Assembly: GCA_002104945.1 (NCBI GenBank)
Contig: MCFH01000033.1
Span: 310,001 to 374,000 of the forward strand
From: Piromyces finnis finn
Taxonomy: Eukaryota; Fungi; Neocallimastigomycota
DNA length: 64,000 nt
Direction of reading: 5' to 3'
The notes beneath the pieces were generated by a model that saw only the letters and a list, made by a program, of their open reading frames with translations, was not told the origin of the DNA and searched no databases. Both the position numbers and the translations under genes were made by a program. Positions 1 through 14,235 of the stretch are shown here, piece after piece. Numbering within the stretch: position 1 is the first letter of the stretch; each line of letters begins with the position of its first letter.

Positions 1-822
1 AAAACAATCAATGGTGTGGTATTTCCAATAGTTGTTAAAGAAAAAAAAAAGTATAATATATAATATATAATTTTTTTTAGTTTATATTAGCTTTTTTTTT
101 TTTTTTAAAAAAAAAAGATTCAAAATTTGAACTATCTCATAATTTATTATAGGTTAGAAAATAAAATTTGGGAACTTTTATAATTCATTATAGATAGAAT
201 TAAAATTGAATCTCTTATAGATTTGAAATATTATATATCACCATATTTTATATTTTATATGATATTTATATATAATATTATAAACAATATTTTTTTTCTT
301 CTTTTTTTTTTTTTTTTAAAAAAAGAGAAAAATTAAAAAAAAAAAATTTTTATATCAAAAATAAGTAAAATCTTTGTATATATATATAAAGATTATATTA
401 AAGATTTATTAATATATTGTAATTATTTTCCTATATTTTTATCATTTTATATATTATATATATATATATACATCTTTTGTAAACTATTATAGTAAATAAA
501 TAAATAAATAAATTATAAATATATATATCGACAACAAAAGGAATAATCAACGAATTTAAATAATATGTTTAATTTTTTATGATGTTTATTTTGTAATTTA
601 GTAAATTATAAATATATCAGATATAAAAAAAGTTATAATATCTTATAAAAATAAATATACATATATATATTTTAATATTTTTTAATATAAATCAATAAAA
701 TCAATAATATTACTAATATATTCATATAAAGAAAGAAAAAACGATTTTTTTTTAAAAAGTATACAATTTCTTTTTCATTATTTACATTAATTTGTATATT
801 TCAAAAATTTATGTTGAAAAGT

Positions 823-2956
823 TTATGAATTACGAGGGGTTTGTAGTTGGATTTGGGAGGATTGTACAATTTGGGAATGACTACCCGCTGAATAATTACA
901 TGTGGATATTGGTGTATTTTTGGATGTATTACTTTCCATTCCTGCATTGTAATGACAATTGACAACCTTTGATATAAGGGATGGGGTTGATCCATTTTTA
1001 GTTATATTGTTATTTGATTTGCTACAAGTACGGGAAGAAAGCGTGGTACTTCTAATATTACTTAATTCTGAATCATCTTCTTCTAATTTCCATAAAAATC
1101 TTATATCAAATAACAATATAAAGTTTGAAATCGAAATTAAAGTGTATAATAACCAATGAGTAATAAAGTAGATGTTGAAACTATTAATGTTTAAACTATT
1201 GATTATATCTAGTAATAATAATAAAAACATATAGACAACAATGGAAGATTGTATTGCTCTTATATCTTTAATTACTCTTGCCATATGCCATTCTAAAAAG
1301 GCATAGAAAGAAAGAGTTACAAACATGGCCACTTCTTCTAATATTAATACAATAGTAATAAGAGATTTATCACCACTACAAACTCTAAAGTTTTTTCCAT
1401 GTTCTACTTTAAAATTAACTGCTTTAATTGGTGCTGTAAATGATAATCCACATAATATAATATTTAATGCAACCATTGCGAGTAAAAATACATATCTTTT
1501 AGAATCAAGCCATATGGATAATCGGGTTTTTATTGGTGAAATTATAACTAATCGATAGAGTAAAGGGGTGTAGGTGAAAACTAAACCGAATACTCTAAAT
1601 ATATATTTGGTGCGACATTTGAAATCCGAGATAGTACCATATTCCAAAAAACTCATACTCATATATAAAATAGATCCGAAAATAATTAAAAACCAGAAAT
1701 CTTTTGGTAAAAAGGCAAATTTTGGTTTGAAATCTTTTTTAAAAATTAAAGTATATGATAGTATCATAATTATGATGAACAAAATGGTGAGTATTAATGA
1801 AACAAAACCAAAGGATGATTCTTTTGGGTTAATTGAGATAGAATAATAGGCAATTAAATCATTGACATTATTTAATGCTTCAGCTGCTGTAAGATTACCA
1901 TTTAAAAATTGAAGAACATTTCTTCTAAAACCATACGAAAATTCGTCATAATCATCTGTTTCAAAACTAGGTCTTGCAATTGGTTGAAATTGTTTCTCTG
2001 TTTCACAATCAAAGGATTTACAAACTTCTTCATCTTCGTATATACTTCTCATTGCAGAATAAACATGTCGAGTAGTAGTGAGTTTTTTTTGATATTCCTC
2101 TGAAGTAAGAAATTCAACAACTTTAATTGCTGCTTGAATACGTTTTTCACTAATATATTTACAAACCCCAATATTATATCCACCAATTGTTGTTCCTGAT
2201 ACTCCTTCATTTTTTCCTACTAAGACTGTTTTTTTATATTCAGGAATAGTTAATGAAAGATCCCAAAACTTTACAAATAGAAAACTTTGAGAAAATAGCC
2301 CATAGATACTAAATTCATCATAACTATTAAATATCTCATCTTATTGTAATTATATTAATATTAGTAATATTAACATTAATAATTATAGTATATAATAACA
2401 ATATATTAATATTAGTAATATATAGATTAATAATCTATAGGTGTATATTACATGTTGATATTTTGTTCATAATTTCTTTAAATTTATTGAGTGAATCAAT
2501 AGCTTCTTGACTTGAATAACCCGGAAATGGAGATTGAGGTGTTTCTCTAAAGGAGTGTATTAATTCTTGAACTGTACATACACACGATTCAGTATCTATT
2601 CATAATATAATTTTGGTATAACCGAAAAAAAAAACAATATTAATATATATATATATATTATGAAATAACTAATAATATTTTATTATTCATCATAAAAGGA
2701 TATACCAGAACAAAGTCCATTATATCCAATTAAATCGGTATTTCCTTCTTTAGCTTCTCCTTCAAGAACTTTTTCACCATATTCTAATAATTGATCCCAC
2801 GTTTTAGGTATACCTAGACCATATTTTTCTAATAATACTATATTGGAATGTAATACTTCATAATTTAAATATAAAGGCTAAAAATATTTAAAGATATTTT
2901 CATTTAATCATAATTATCATTATTGCTTTTATTTTCTTTATTTATTATTTATTATT

Positions 2957-3029
<73 letters not shown>

Positions 3030-3584
3030 CTAATTATATTCTTACCAGTCCAATCCATTTCCCATTATATCTACCAATCTGTGGAGCAACATCATTTTCA
3101 TATTTGGCAAGATGTTCTTTACTCAAGTAATCATTTAAATCTATAAAATAATCGAAATATTTTCTAGAATACTGAACATCATAAAAATATACATCATACT
3201 TATCAGATTTTCGACTAAGAAGAAAATCAACTGTACTATCAAATTCATTTACAAAATTGGTTGTAGTATTCTGAGTTGTGAAAAAAACAAATTCCAATTC
3301 AATATCAAGATTATTTTTTTTTGCATATTCATTAAAATCATTTGTTATTGATTTAAAAAAAGATCCATCATCATATGTCCATATCACAGAAGTGATTTTC
3401 AATGAATATGTAAAAGCTAATTTTTAAAAATATTTTTAGAATATTTATTATATTTGAAAGTTTGAAAGATTACTATAGGTGTATATGAAAAATATGAAAA
3501 TTTTATTTAGAATATAAACATATTAAAATAATTACATATTAATATCAATTGAATGTAAAAATCCAATCCTAATTTTAACTTCAT
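823..3584 (-). CDS. SBP-7TM fusion receptor copy 1: signal peptide, family-1-like sugar solute-binding domain, class C GPCR-like 7TM; 5 exons
   Basis: Manual splicing gives MKLKLGLDFYIQLILI|SFTYSLKITSVIW (ATG 3584, GT-AG introns), then exons with IPKTWDQLLE, DTESCVC and GVSGTTIGGYNIGVCK (SBP-type motifs). The last exon includes ORF 823-2052 with seven hydrophobic segments and paired Cys (FKCRT, FRVC). No internal stops seen. Confidence 0.85.
2968..3028. repeat. (TAA)n microsatellite, about 20 units, in intron 2 of receptor copy 1
   Basis: Directly visible. Confidence 0.95.
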
Positions 3585-4612
3585 AGTGATTATTTTAAAT
3601 GTGGTTCGATTTATTAATGAAGGAACGAGGAAATAATTTAAGTAACTATAAAAAAAGTATCATTATAAGGAATAAATCGTTAGAAAATTTTTGTATTATT
3701 TTAAGGATTAAATATGGATTAAATAGTATGGTATGTAAATATTTTTGGAAATAAGCATTTTAATTTTTTTTAAATAATAAATCGTAATAATTATCAAAAA
3801 AAAAAAAAAAAAAAAAATCAAATGGGACATATTAACTTTATTTTTAACTGTAAATATATGAAAAGAATGTTAAATCGTTAATTTCTAAATATTATAATAG
3901 ATAATTTAGATTAAAATATATATATATAATAATAAAATATTTTTAAATTTACTAAAAAGTTATTTTTTAATTATTTCTTTTTTTCTTTCTTTCTTTCTCT
4001 TTTTTTTTTTTTTTTGAGAAATTCATTACAATTATTGTTAGACTTTTTAAATAATTATTTATTAATAATATTATTTAAAAAATTTTAATAATTAATAAAG
4101 TACAACTTTATATATTAAATTATTTATTAAGATAATAACAATAAATAGTGCATAGTTCGGAATATTTATTATACTTGATGTAGATATATATATGAAAAGT
4201 ATTTCAAAATTAAGAATAAAGTATAATTTTTGGAAAATTCTTTAAATTTAAATTCTTTTTTATTTAATTTTTTATAACATAATCAGTATTAGATTAGTCT
4301 TATACTTTTTTTTATTGAAATATTTGATTTTTAAATGAAAGAAAAATTTTGAAAAGGGGATTTATTATAAACATATTATTTTTTTTTATAATAAACATAT
4401 TATTTTTTTTTATTTTTTAGTTTTTTTTTTTTTAATTAAAACTAGTTATTTTTTTTATATACAAATGTTAAATTAAAAGATAAACTATATTTTTAATATT
4501 AATATTTTATATAAAAAATCTTAAATATATTTTTAAGAATTAAAGGAAATTCTTTAATATTAAAAATATGATTTTAAAATATAGATATATTATATGTATA
4601 CAAATTATATTA

Positions 4613-7312
4613 CTAATTTTGTGAATTACTAATAATTTCTTGTGAAGCATGTTTATTTCGTGAAGTCTGTCCAATTCTTGAGTTTTGTTGGTGTTGCATA
4701 CTACCTGAAATATTGTTTGTTGATACCGGCGGTGTAAATATAGATTGGTTACTGTTTAATCCTGTGTTATAATGACAATCAATAGCTTTAGAAAATATTG
4801 TTTGTTTTACTTCAGGTTTTGATAAATTATTATTGGATTTGCTGCAAGTACGAGAAGAAAGAGTGGCGCTTCTAATATTACTTAATTCTGGATCATCTTC
4901 TTCTAATTTCCAAATAAATCTTATACCAAATAATAATATATAATTTGAAACAGCAATCAATGTATATAAAAGCCAATGTGTAATAAAGTATACTTTGTAA
5001 TTAATAATATTTAAATTATTAATAATTGTCAATAATATTATTAAAAACAAATAGACAATGACAGAAGATTCCAATGTTCTTATATCCTTGATTGTTTTTG
5101 TCATATGCCATTCTAAAAATGCATATACAGGAAATAACAAAATATACACTAATTTCTTCCAATGTTAATAATATTGAAAAAATATTTCCTTCCCCATAAC
5201 AAATTCTAAAGTTTTTTTCATGATCTACTTTTTTATCAATAGCTTTATATTTATATGGTGATATAAATAATGATACTGAGATTATGATATTAATTATAAT
5301 TCCAAATGATAAAAATAGATATTTATGGTCTTTTATCCATATTGATACTTTATTCTTTAAAGGTGAAATTATACTTATTTTATATATAAAAGGTGTGTAA
5401 ATAAAAATTAAACCAAAAATTCGGAATATATATTTAGTTTGGCATTTTATATTTGAAATATAACCATATTCCATAAAATTTACACTCATATATAATATGA
5501 TCCCAAAAATGCATATAAACCAAAAATCTTTTGATAAAAAAGAAAATTTCGATTTAAAATTTTCTTTAAAAGTAAAGAAGTAGGATATTAACATAAATAA
5601 AATAATGAAAATAGTTGCCATAAATAGAGCAAATCCATAAGGCGATTCATTTGGATTAATAGAAATAGAGTAGATTCTAATTAAATCATTAACATGGTTT
5701 AATGCTTCAGATGCTGTAAGATTTCCATTTAAAAATAGGTGAATATTTTTTCTAAAATTAGTAGAAAAGTCATCATAATCATCCGTTTCGAAACTAGGTC
5801 TTGCAATTGGTTGAAATTGTTTCTCCATTTCACAATCAAAGGATTTACAAACTTCTTCATCATCATAAATACTTCTCATTGCAGAATATACTTGATTGGT
5901 GACTGTGAGTTTTTTTTGATATTCTTCTGAAGTGAGAAATTCAACAACCTTAATTGCCGCTTGCATACGTTTCTCACTAATATATTTGCAAACTCCAATA
6001 TTATATCCACCAATTGTTGTTCCTGATACTCCTTCATTTTTTCCTACTAAGATTGTTTTTTTATATCCAGGATAATCTATTGGAAGATTCCAAAACTTTA
6101 CAAAAAGAAAACTTTGAGTAAACATTCCTATAGCACTGTAGTCATCATTACTATAGTAGGCTTCCTCTTATATGTAAAAGGGGAAAATATTAAGTTTAAA
6201 AAAAAAAAAAGTTAAAAATAATGTTTTTCCTTTTAAATTATTTTAATTATTATTAATACAAATAAATTGTAGAGTATATTACTTGATGATATTTTGTTCA
6301 TAATTTCTTTAAATTTATTGAGTGAATTAATAGCTTCTTGACTTGAATAACCTGGAAATGGGGATTGAGGTGTTTCTCTATATGAATATATTAATTCCTG
6401 AATAGTGCATACACATGATTCGGTATCTATTCATAATATAATTATAGTATAACCGAAAAAAAAAACAATATTAATATATATATATATATTATGAAATAAC
6501 TAATATTTTTATTATTTATCATGGATGAATGGTATACCCGAACAAAGTCCATTATATCCAATTAATCCTGTATTTCCTTCTTTAGCTTCTCCTTCAAGAA
6601 CTTTTTCACCATATTCTAATAATTGATCCCATGTTTTTGGTATATTTAAACCATATTTTTCTAAAAGAGCTACATTGGAATGTAATACACCATAATTTAA
6701 ATATAAAGGCTAAAATACCATTTAATAATTCTAAACCATTTTCTTAATAATAATGATATTAATTATATTTTACTAGTCCAATCCATTTCCCATTATATTT
6801 ACCAATCTGTGGAGCAACATCATTTTCATATTTGGTAAGATGTTCTTTACTCAAGTAATCATTTAAATCTATAAAATAATCGAAATATTTTCTAGAATAC
6901 TGAACATCATAAAAATATACATCATACTTATCAGATTTTCGACTAAGAAGAAAATCAACTGTACTATCAAATTCATTTACAAAATTGGTTGTAGTATTCT
7001 GAGTTGTGAAAAAAACAAATTCCAATTCAATATCAAGATTATTTTTTTTTGCATATTCATTAAAATCATTTGTTATTGATTTAAAAAAAGATCCATCATC
7101 ATATGTCCATATCACAGAAGTGATTTTCAATGAATATGTAAAAGCTAATTTTTAAAAATATTTTTAGAATATTTATTATATTTGAAAGTTTGAAAGATTA
7201 CTATAGGTGTATATGAAAAATATGAAAATTTTATTTAGAATATAAACATATTAAAATAATTACATATTAATATCAATTGAATATAAATATCCAATCCTAG
7301 TTTTAGCTTCAT
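4613..7312 (-). pseudogene. SBP-7TM receptor copy 2 with a +1 frameshift in the 7TM (pseudogene, truncated receptor or sequencing error)
   Basis: Same exon structure as copy 1 (ATG 7312). Relative to copy 3 (ATT TCT GTA TAT) it reads ATT TCC TGT ATA, an extra base at 5130-5131, which splits the 7TM between ORFs 5019-6125 and 4613-5149. Confidence 0.75.
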
Positions 7313-8210
7313 AGTGATAGTTTTTAGTAGAATATGAATGAATAAAATTAATATTTGATTATTTGATATGAAATTGAATTTTTAGTAAAATTTATAAAAG
7401 AACTTTTATAAAATTCTTTAGAATACAAAAAGATAAATTTGTTGCAAGGTAATTATTTTTATATATGGAAAAATAAACTAATTTATTTAATAAGATTATT
7501 TGTAGAAATAATAGGTTTAGCTCTTAAACTATAATCAATCTGGAAATATTAAATTTTATTATTTTAATTTTAAGAGCAATAAAATTTTATATATATATAA
7601 TACTTTACAAAATATTCTAAACTTAGTATATATAATTTTATAGTGACAATATATAATATTTAATATATATAAATAAGCATAAAAATAATATCTTAAAATA
7701 ATATTAATTCCTACAATCAATTATTAATTATTTTAGTTTTTCCATTTTAATTGGAAAAATTTAAAATATTCTTTAAGAATAAGTTAAATAAATAGTAATA
7801 AAAAATTAAGGTTAAAAATAAAAAATATTATATAGCTTATCATTCTTTGAAAAAAATATTGAATTTAAAAGGTATACTTCTTTTTCTTAATATCTAATAT
7901 AAAAACTCAATAAATTAATCTTATTGAAATTTAAAAAAAAAAAAAAAAAGCATAACTTTTCTTTAATAAAGTTAATGATAAAATTTTATTTGTTTTGTAT
8001 AATTATTCTTTTAACATGAATTGTTATATATATTAATATGGGATAATAAATATTATTAAAAATTCATTTTAATTCTTTTATTTATAGTATAATGTTTTTT
8101 ATAATGAATAACTAATATAGAATATTTTTTTTATATTTTATTTTATAAAAATGACTAAAATTATCTTCAAATATTTAATTATTTTTATTATATATATATT
8201 CGTTTTTGGA

Positions 8211-10854
8211 TTAAGTTTTGCTTTTTGTAGATTGTATAGATTGTGCTTGTGTATTTTGTGTATAGTTTTCAGAGCAACAATTTGTGGTCATTTGTGTAGA
8301 TTTATTTATATTTTCATCAGTTCCTCTATTATAATGACAGTTAACAACCTTCGATATGATTGTTGGTGTTGATCCATCTTTTGCTAAATTATTACTTGAT
8401 GTACTACGAGTACGTGAATTAAGAGTGGTACTTCTAACTTTTTTTAATGAGTCTTCTTTTCCGATTTGCCAAACAAATCTTATACCAAATAATAATATAT
8501 AATTTGAAATTGAAATTAAAGTAAATAATAACCAATGAATTATGAAGTATACTTCATAACTACTAACATTTAAACCATTAACAATGTTTAATAATATTAT
8601 TAAAAATAAAAAGACAATAGCAGAAGATTGTAATGTTCTTACATCTTTAACGGTTTTTGTAATATGCCATTCTAAAAAGGCATATACAGAAATGACAAGG
8701 AATATAGCAACTTCTTCTAATATTAATAATACGGAAAAAAAAGATCTTTCTCCATTACAAATTCTAAAGTTTTTTCCTTGATCGATTTTTTTATCTGTAC
8801 CTTTGGATGGTGATATGAATGATAATCCACATATTATAACATTAATTACAAATACAAATAATAAAAATAAATATTTATTTCCTTCTATCCATATAGTTGC
8901 TTTATTCTTTAACGGTGAAATTGTACACATTTTATAGATATGAGGTGTGAAAGTAAAGATTAAACCAAAAACTCTAAATATGTATTTAGTTTGACATTTG
9001 AAATCTGAAATATAGCCATATTCTAAAAAGTTCACACTCATATATAAAATGAGACCAAAAATACTGACAAACCATAAATCATTTGATAAAAATTCAAACT
9101 TTGGTTTACGATGTTCATTGAAAATAAGGAAATAAGAACCAATCATAATTAAAATAGTTAAAATTGATATTATAAATGAAATAAAACCAAAAGTTGATTC
9201 TTTTGGATTGATTGATATAGAATAAAATTTGATCAAATTATTAATACTATTTAATGCTTCAGATGCTGTAATGTTTCCTTTTAAAAATTGATGAATATAT
9301 TTTACAAAATATGTTGAAAATTCGTCATAATCATCAGTTTCATAACTTGGTCTTGCAATTGGTTGATATTGTTTCTCCATTTCACAATCTACTTTCTTAC
9401 AAAGTTCTTCGTCATTATATATACTTCTCATTCCGGAGTATACTTGATTGGAAGTGGAAAGTTTTTTTTGATATTCTTCCGAAGTGAAAAATTCAACAAC
9501 TTTTATTGCAGCATTTCTATGTTCCTCATCAACATATTTACTAACAGCAATATTATAACCCCCAATTGTTGTTCCTGATACACCTTCATTTTTTCCTACT
9601 ATCATTGTTTTTTTATATCCAGGAAAATCTATTGGAATATTCCAATACTTTACAAAGATAATATTTTGAAAAATCAATCCATACACACTGATATCATCAG
9701 TACTAAAATATATATCATCTTATAATAGATGATAATAGTTTTAAGATAATTAGTATAACTATTATTTTTATTACTATATTTAAATTTTTTTATTACTTGA
9801 TGAGATTCTGTCCTTAATTTCTTTAAATTTTTCAAGAGCTTCAATCGCTGTTTCACTTGCATAACCTGGGAATGGTGATTGAGGCGTTTCCCTATATGAA
9901 TATATATATTCATGAATCGTACATACACATGATTCGGTATCTATTAATAATATAAATATAGTATAATCGAAAAAAATTTTTTCGATATAAATACTTTTTC
10001 TATGAAATAATGAATACTTTATATTTATAATATAGTTATACCAGAACAAAGTCCGTTATATCCAGTTAATCCAGTTTTTCCTTCTTCAGCTTCTCCTTTA
10101 AGAATTTTTTCAGCATATTCTATTAATTGATCCCATGTTTTTGGTATATCTAAACCATATTTTTCTAAAAGAGCTACATTAGAATGTAGTACACTGTAGT
10201 TTATATATAATGGCTTAAAAATAATTAAATAAAAAAGGAACACATTAATTATATATTTTAGTTTTACATATATATAATTATTTATTATGAAGAATTGTTT
10301 ATGTTTATAATAAAAAGTAATAGTAAATGATGAAAATAGAATACTAACCAATCCAACCCATTTTCCATTATATTTGCAAATTTGTGGAGCAAGGTCATTT
10401 TCATATTTTTCAATGTGTTCTTTTTTTAAATAATCTGCTAAATTGATAAAATGATCATAATACTTTCTAGAATATTGAACATCATAAAAATAGATATCAT
10501 ATTTGTTTGATTTTCTACTAAGAAGATAATCAATTGTACTATCATATTCAGTTACAAACTTGCTTGTAACATTTTGTATCGTAAATAAGTTAAATTCCAA
10601 TTCAATATCGAGATTATTTTCTTTTGAATAATCATTAAAATCATTTGTAAATGCTCTAAATAAACTTCCATCGTCAAAAGACCAAACCACAGAATTTATT
10701 TTTATTGCATACGTTAAAGCTATTTATTAAAATATTTTAGAGTACATTTTTATATTTATAATTTTAATACTGTAATTATAAAATAAATAAAATTAATTTC
10801 ATTACATATTATTATTAGTTGAATAGATAATATCAACCCAAGCATAATTTTCAT
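8211..10854 (-). CDS. SBP-7TM fusion receptor copy 3; 5 exons
   Basis: ATG 10854 MKIMLGLILSIQLIII|SLTYAIKINSVVW across an 85-nt intron. ORFs 10025-10690, 9780-10049 and 8211-9686 hold the later exons. 7TM intact. Confidence 0.87.
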
Positions 10855-11580
10855 ATTGATAATTTAATGCTAATATAAAATATGGACTTTTTTTTTTATT
10901 AACTTTCTGTAATAATCTAGTTTAAATATATAGAAGAAAAATTTTAATGATTACATAACAAATAGTAATATGATTTCTGGGCCTTTTTTAAACATTTTTA
11001 TCTTTTACCTTTTACAGTTATATTAAATAAAACAATTGTTTATAAATAATAAATTGTAATTATTAATATTTAATATTTATTAAAAAAAATCAAAAAAAAA
11101 AAAAAAAAAAAAAAAAGCTTAACTATAATTTATTAAAAATAAAAACAACTTTAAAATTTAAAAAACTAAAAAAAATAAAAAATAACATGTATATGGTGTA
11201 TATAGGAAAAATTTAATTATTCTATCTTAGATATTCAAATGCTTTTTTTTTTTATTAAAGAATAAAGATTATAAAATAAATATATTAGTGGTATTATTTA
11301 TCTTTAAAATAATGCATTTATTAATTTATAAAGTTTATTAAATAAAAATTTACAATAATAAAGATAATTTTTATATAATGAGTTTTTATTTTTTTTTTTT
11401 TTGTAATGAAATTTTTTAAAAATCTAGGATATATATTTGACAAATATTTTTTGAATCTATATTTATCCTAAAAAAAGTTTTTTTTATCTTTATTTTTCTT
11501 TTTTATATATACATAATCAAAATATTAAAATATGCCAATTATTATATAAATGAAAATTATTTTATTATATTATAAGATTC

Positions 11581-14235
11581 TTAGTTTTTAATTTCATTTT
11601 GTGAAGTCATAATTTGAGAGTTACGTATTTGTGTACTTTGTGTATTTTCAGAGAAACAGTTAGTAGTAAATTGTTGAGATTTTAAGCTATTACTATCAAT
11701 TCCTGTATTGTAGTGACTATTAATAACCTTTGATAGAATTGTTGGTGTTGATCCATCTTTTGCTAAATTATTACTTGATCTACTACGAGTACGTGAGTTA
11801 TTAGATATAACAGTACTTCTAATATTATCAAACTCTGATTTTTCTTTTGTTCCCCATATAAATCTTATACCAAATAATAATATATAATTTGAAATTGAAA
11901 TTAAAGTAAATAATAACCAATGAATTATGAAGTATACTTCATAACTACTAACATTTAAACCATTAACAATGTTTAATAATATTATTAAAAATAAAAAGAC
12001 AATAGCAGAAGATTGTAATGTTCTTACATCTTTAACGGTTTTTGTAATATGCCATTCTAAAAAGGCATATACAGAAATGACAAGGAATATAGCAACTTCT
12101 TCTAATATTAATAATACGGAAAAAAAAGATCTTTCTCCATTACAAATTCTAAAGTTTTTTCCTTGATCGATTTTTTTATCTGTACCTTTGGATGGTGATA
12201 TGAATGATAATCCACATATTATAACATTAATTACAAATACAAATAATAAAAATAAATATTTATTTCCTTCTATCCATATAGTTGCTTTATTCTTTAACGG
12301 TGAAATTGTACACATTTTATAGATATGAGGTGTGAAAGTAAAGATTAAACCAAAAACTCTAAATATGTATTTAGTTTGACATTTGAAATCTGAAATATAG
12401 CCATATTCTAAAAAGTTCACACTCATATATAAAATGAGACCAAAAATACTGACAAACCATAAATCATTTGATAAAAATTCAAACTTTGGTTTACGATGTT
12501 CATTGAAAATAAGGAAATAAGAACCAATCATAATTAAAATAGTTAAAATTGATATTATAAATGAAATAAAACCAAAAGTTGATTCTTTTGGATTGATTGA
12601 TATAGAATAAAATTTGATCAAATTATTAATACTATTTAATGCTTCAGATGCTGTAATGTTTCCTTTTAAAAATTGATGAATATATTTTACAAAATATGTT
12701 GAAAATTCGTCATAATCATCAGTTTCATAACTTGGTCTTGCAATTGGTTGAAACTGTTTCTCCATTTCACAATCTACTTTCTTACAAAGTTCTTCGTCAT
12801 TATATATACTTCTCATTCCTGAAAAAACTTGATAATTAGTAATTTCCTTTTGATATTCTTCCGAAGTGAAAAATTCAATTACTTTAATTGCAGCATTTCT
12901 ATGTTCCTCATCAACATATTTACTAACAGCAATATTATAACCCCCAATTGTTGTTCCTGATACACCTTCATTTTTTCCTACTATCATTGTTTTTTTATAT
13001 CCAGGAAAATCTATTGGAATATACCAAAATTTTAGAAATATAAAATTTTGCATAAACAATCCAGAAATACTGAAATCATCAGTATTTAAAAACGCCTCAG
13101 CTAATAATTAAGTTTTAAATATAAATATTAGAAGGAAATACTTTGATACCTCTATTATTATATACATTTTTATATTACTTGATGAGATTCTGTCCTTAAT
13201 TTCTTTAAATTTTTCAAGAGCTTCAATCGCTGTTTCACTTGCATAACCTGGAAATGGTGATTGAGGTGTTTCCCTAAATGAATATATATATTCATGAATA
13301 CTACATACATTTGATTCATTTTCTATTCATAGTATATTTATAATATAATAAAAAAATATTAATATCTATATTCTTTTCCATAAATTTAATAATATTTTAC
13401 TATTAATGATAGTTTCATATACCAGGAATAAGTCCGTTATATCCAATTAATCCAGTATTTCCTTCTTCAGCTTCTCCTTTAAGAATTTTTTCAGCATATT
13501 CTAATAATTGATCCCATGTTTTTGGTATATCTAAACCATATTTTTCTAAAAGAGCTACATTAGAATGTAGTACACTGTAGTTTATATATAATGGCTTAAA
13601 AATAATTAAATAAAAAAGGAACACATTAATTATATATTTTAGTTTTACATATATATAATTATTTATTATGAAGAATTGTTTATGTTTATAATAAAAAGTA
13701 ATAATAAATGATGAAAATAGAATGCTAACCAATCCAACCCATTTTCCATTATATTTGCAAATTTGTGGAGCAAGGTCATTTTCATATTTTTCAATGTGTT
13801 CTTTTTTTAAATAATCTGCTAAATTGATAAAATGATCATAATACTTTCTAGAATATTGAACATCATAAAAATAGATATCATATTTGTTTGATTTTCTACT
13901 AAGAAGATAATCAATTGTACTATCATATTCAGTTACAAAATTGTTTGTGACATTTTGGAAAGTAAATAAATTAAATTCTAATTCTATATCGAGATTATTT
14001 TTTTTTGAATAATCATTAAAATCATTTGTAAATGCTCTAAATAAACTTCCATCGTCATAAGACCAAACCACAGAGTTAATTTTTATTGCATACGCTAAAG
14101 CTATTTATTAAAATATTTTAGAGAACATTTTTATATTTATAATTTTAATACTGTAATTATAAAATAAATAAAATTAATTTCATTACATATTATTATTAAA
14201 TGAATAGATAATATCAACCAAAGCATAATTTTCAT
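11581..14235 (-). CDS. SBP-7TM fusion receptor copy 4; 5 exons
   Basis: ATG 14235 MKIMLWLILSIHLIII; ORFs 13415-14071 and 11581-13059; 7TM identical in amino acid sequence to copy 3. Confidence 0.87.

Noticed and set aside
1-63. Possible tail of a gene at the window edge (KTINGVVFPIVVKEKKKYNI*) or an IGNT-PL-like word on the minus strand
   Set aside because: Too short to assign.
801-12166. Short antisense or alternate-frame ORFs over the receptor genes (801-995, 959-1159, 1325-1558, 1574-1846, 8584-8781, 11969-12166 and others)
   Set aside because: Shadows of the real coding strand; their recurrence only reflects paralog identity.
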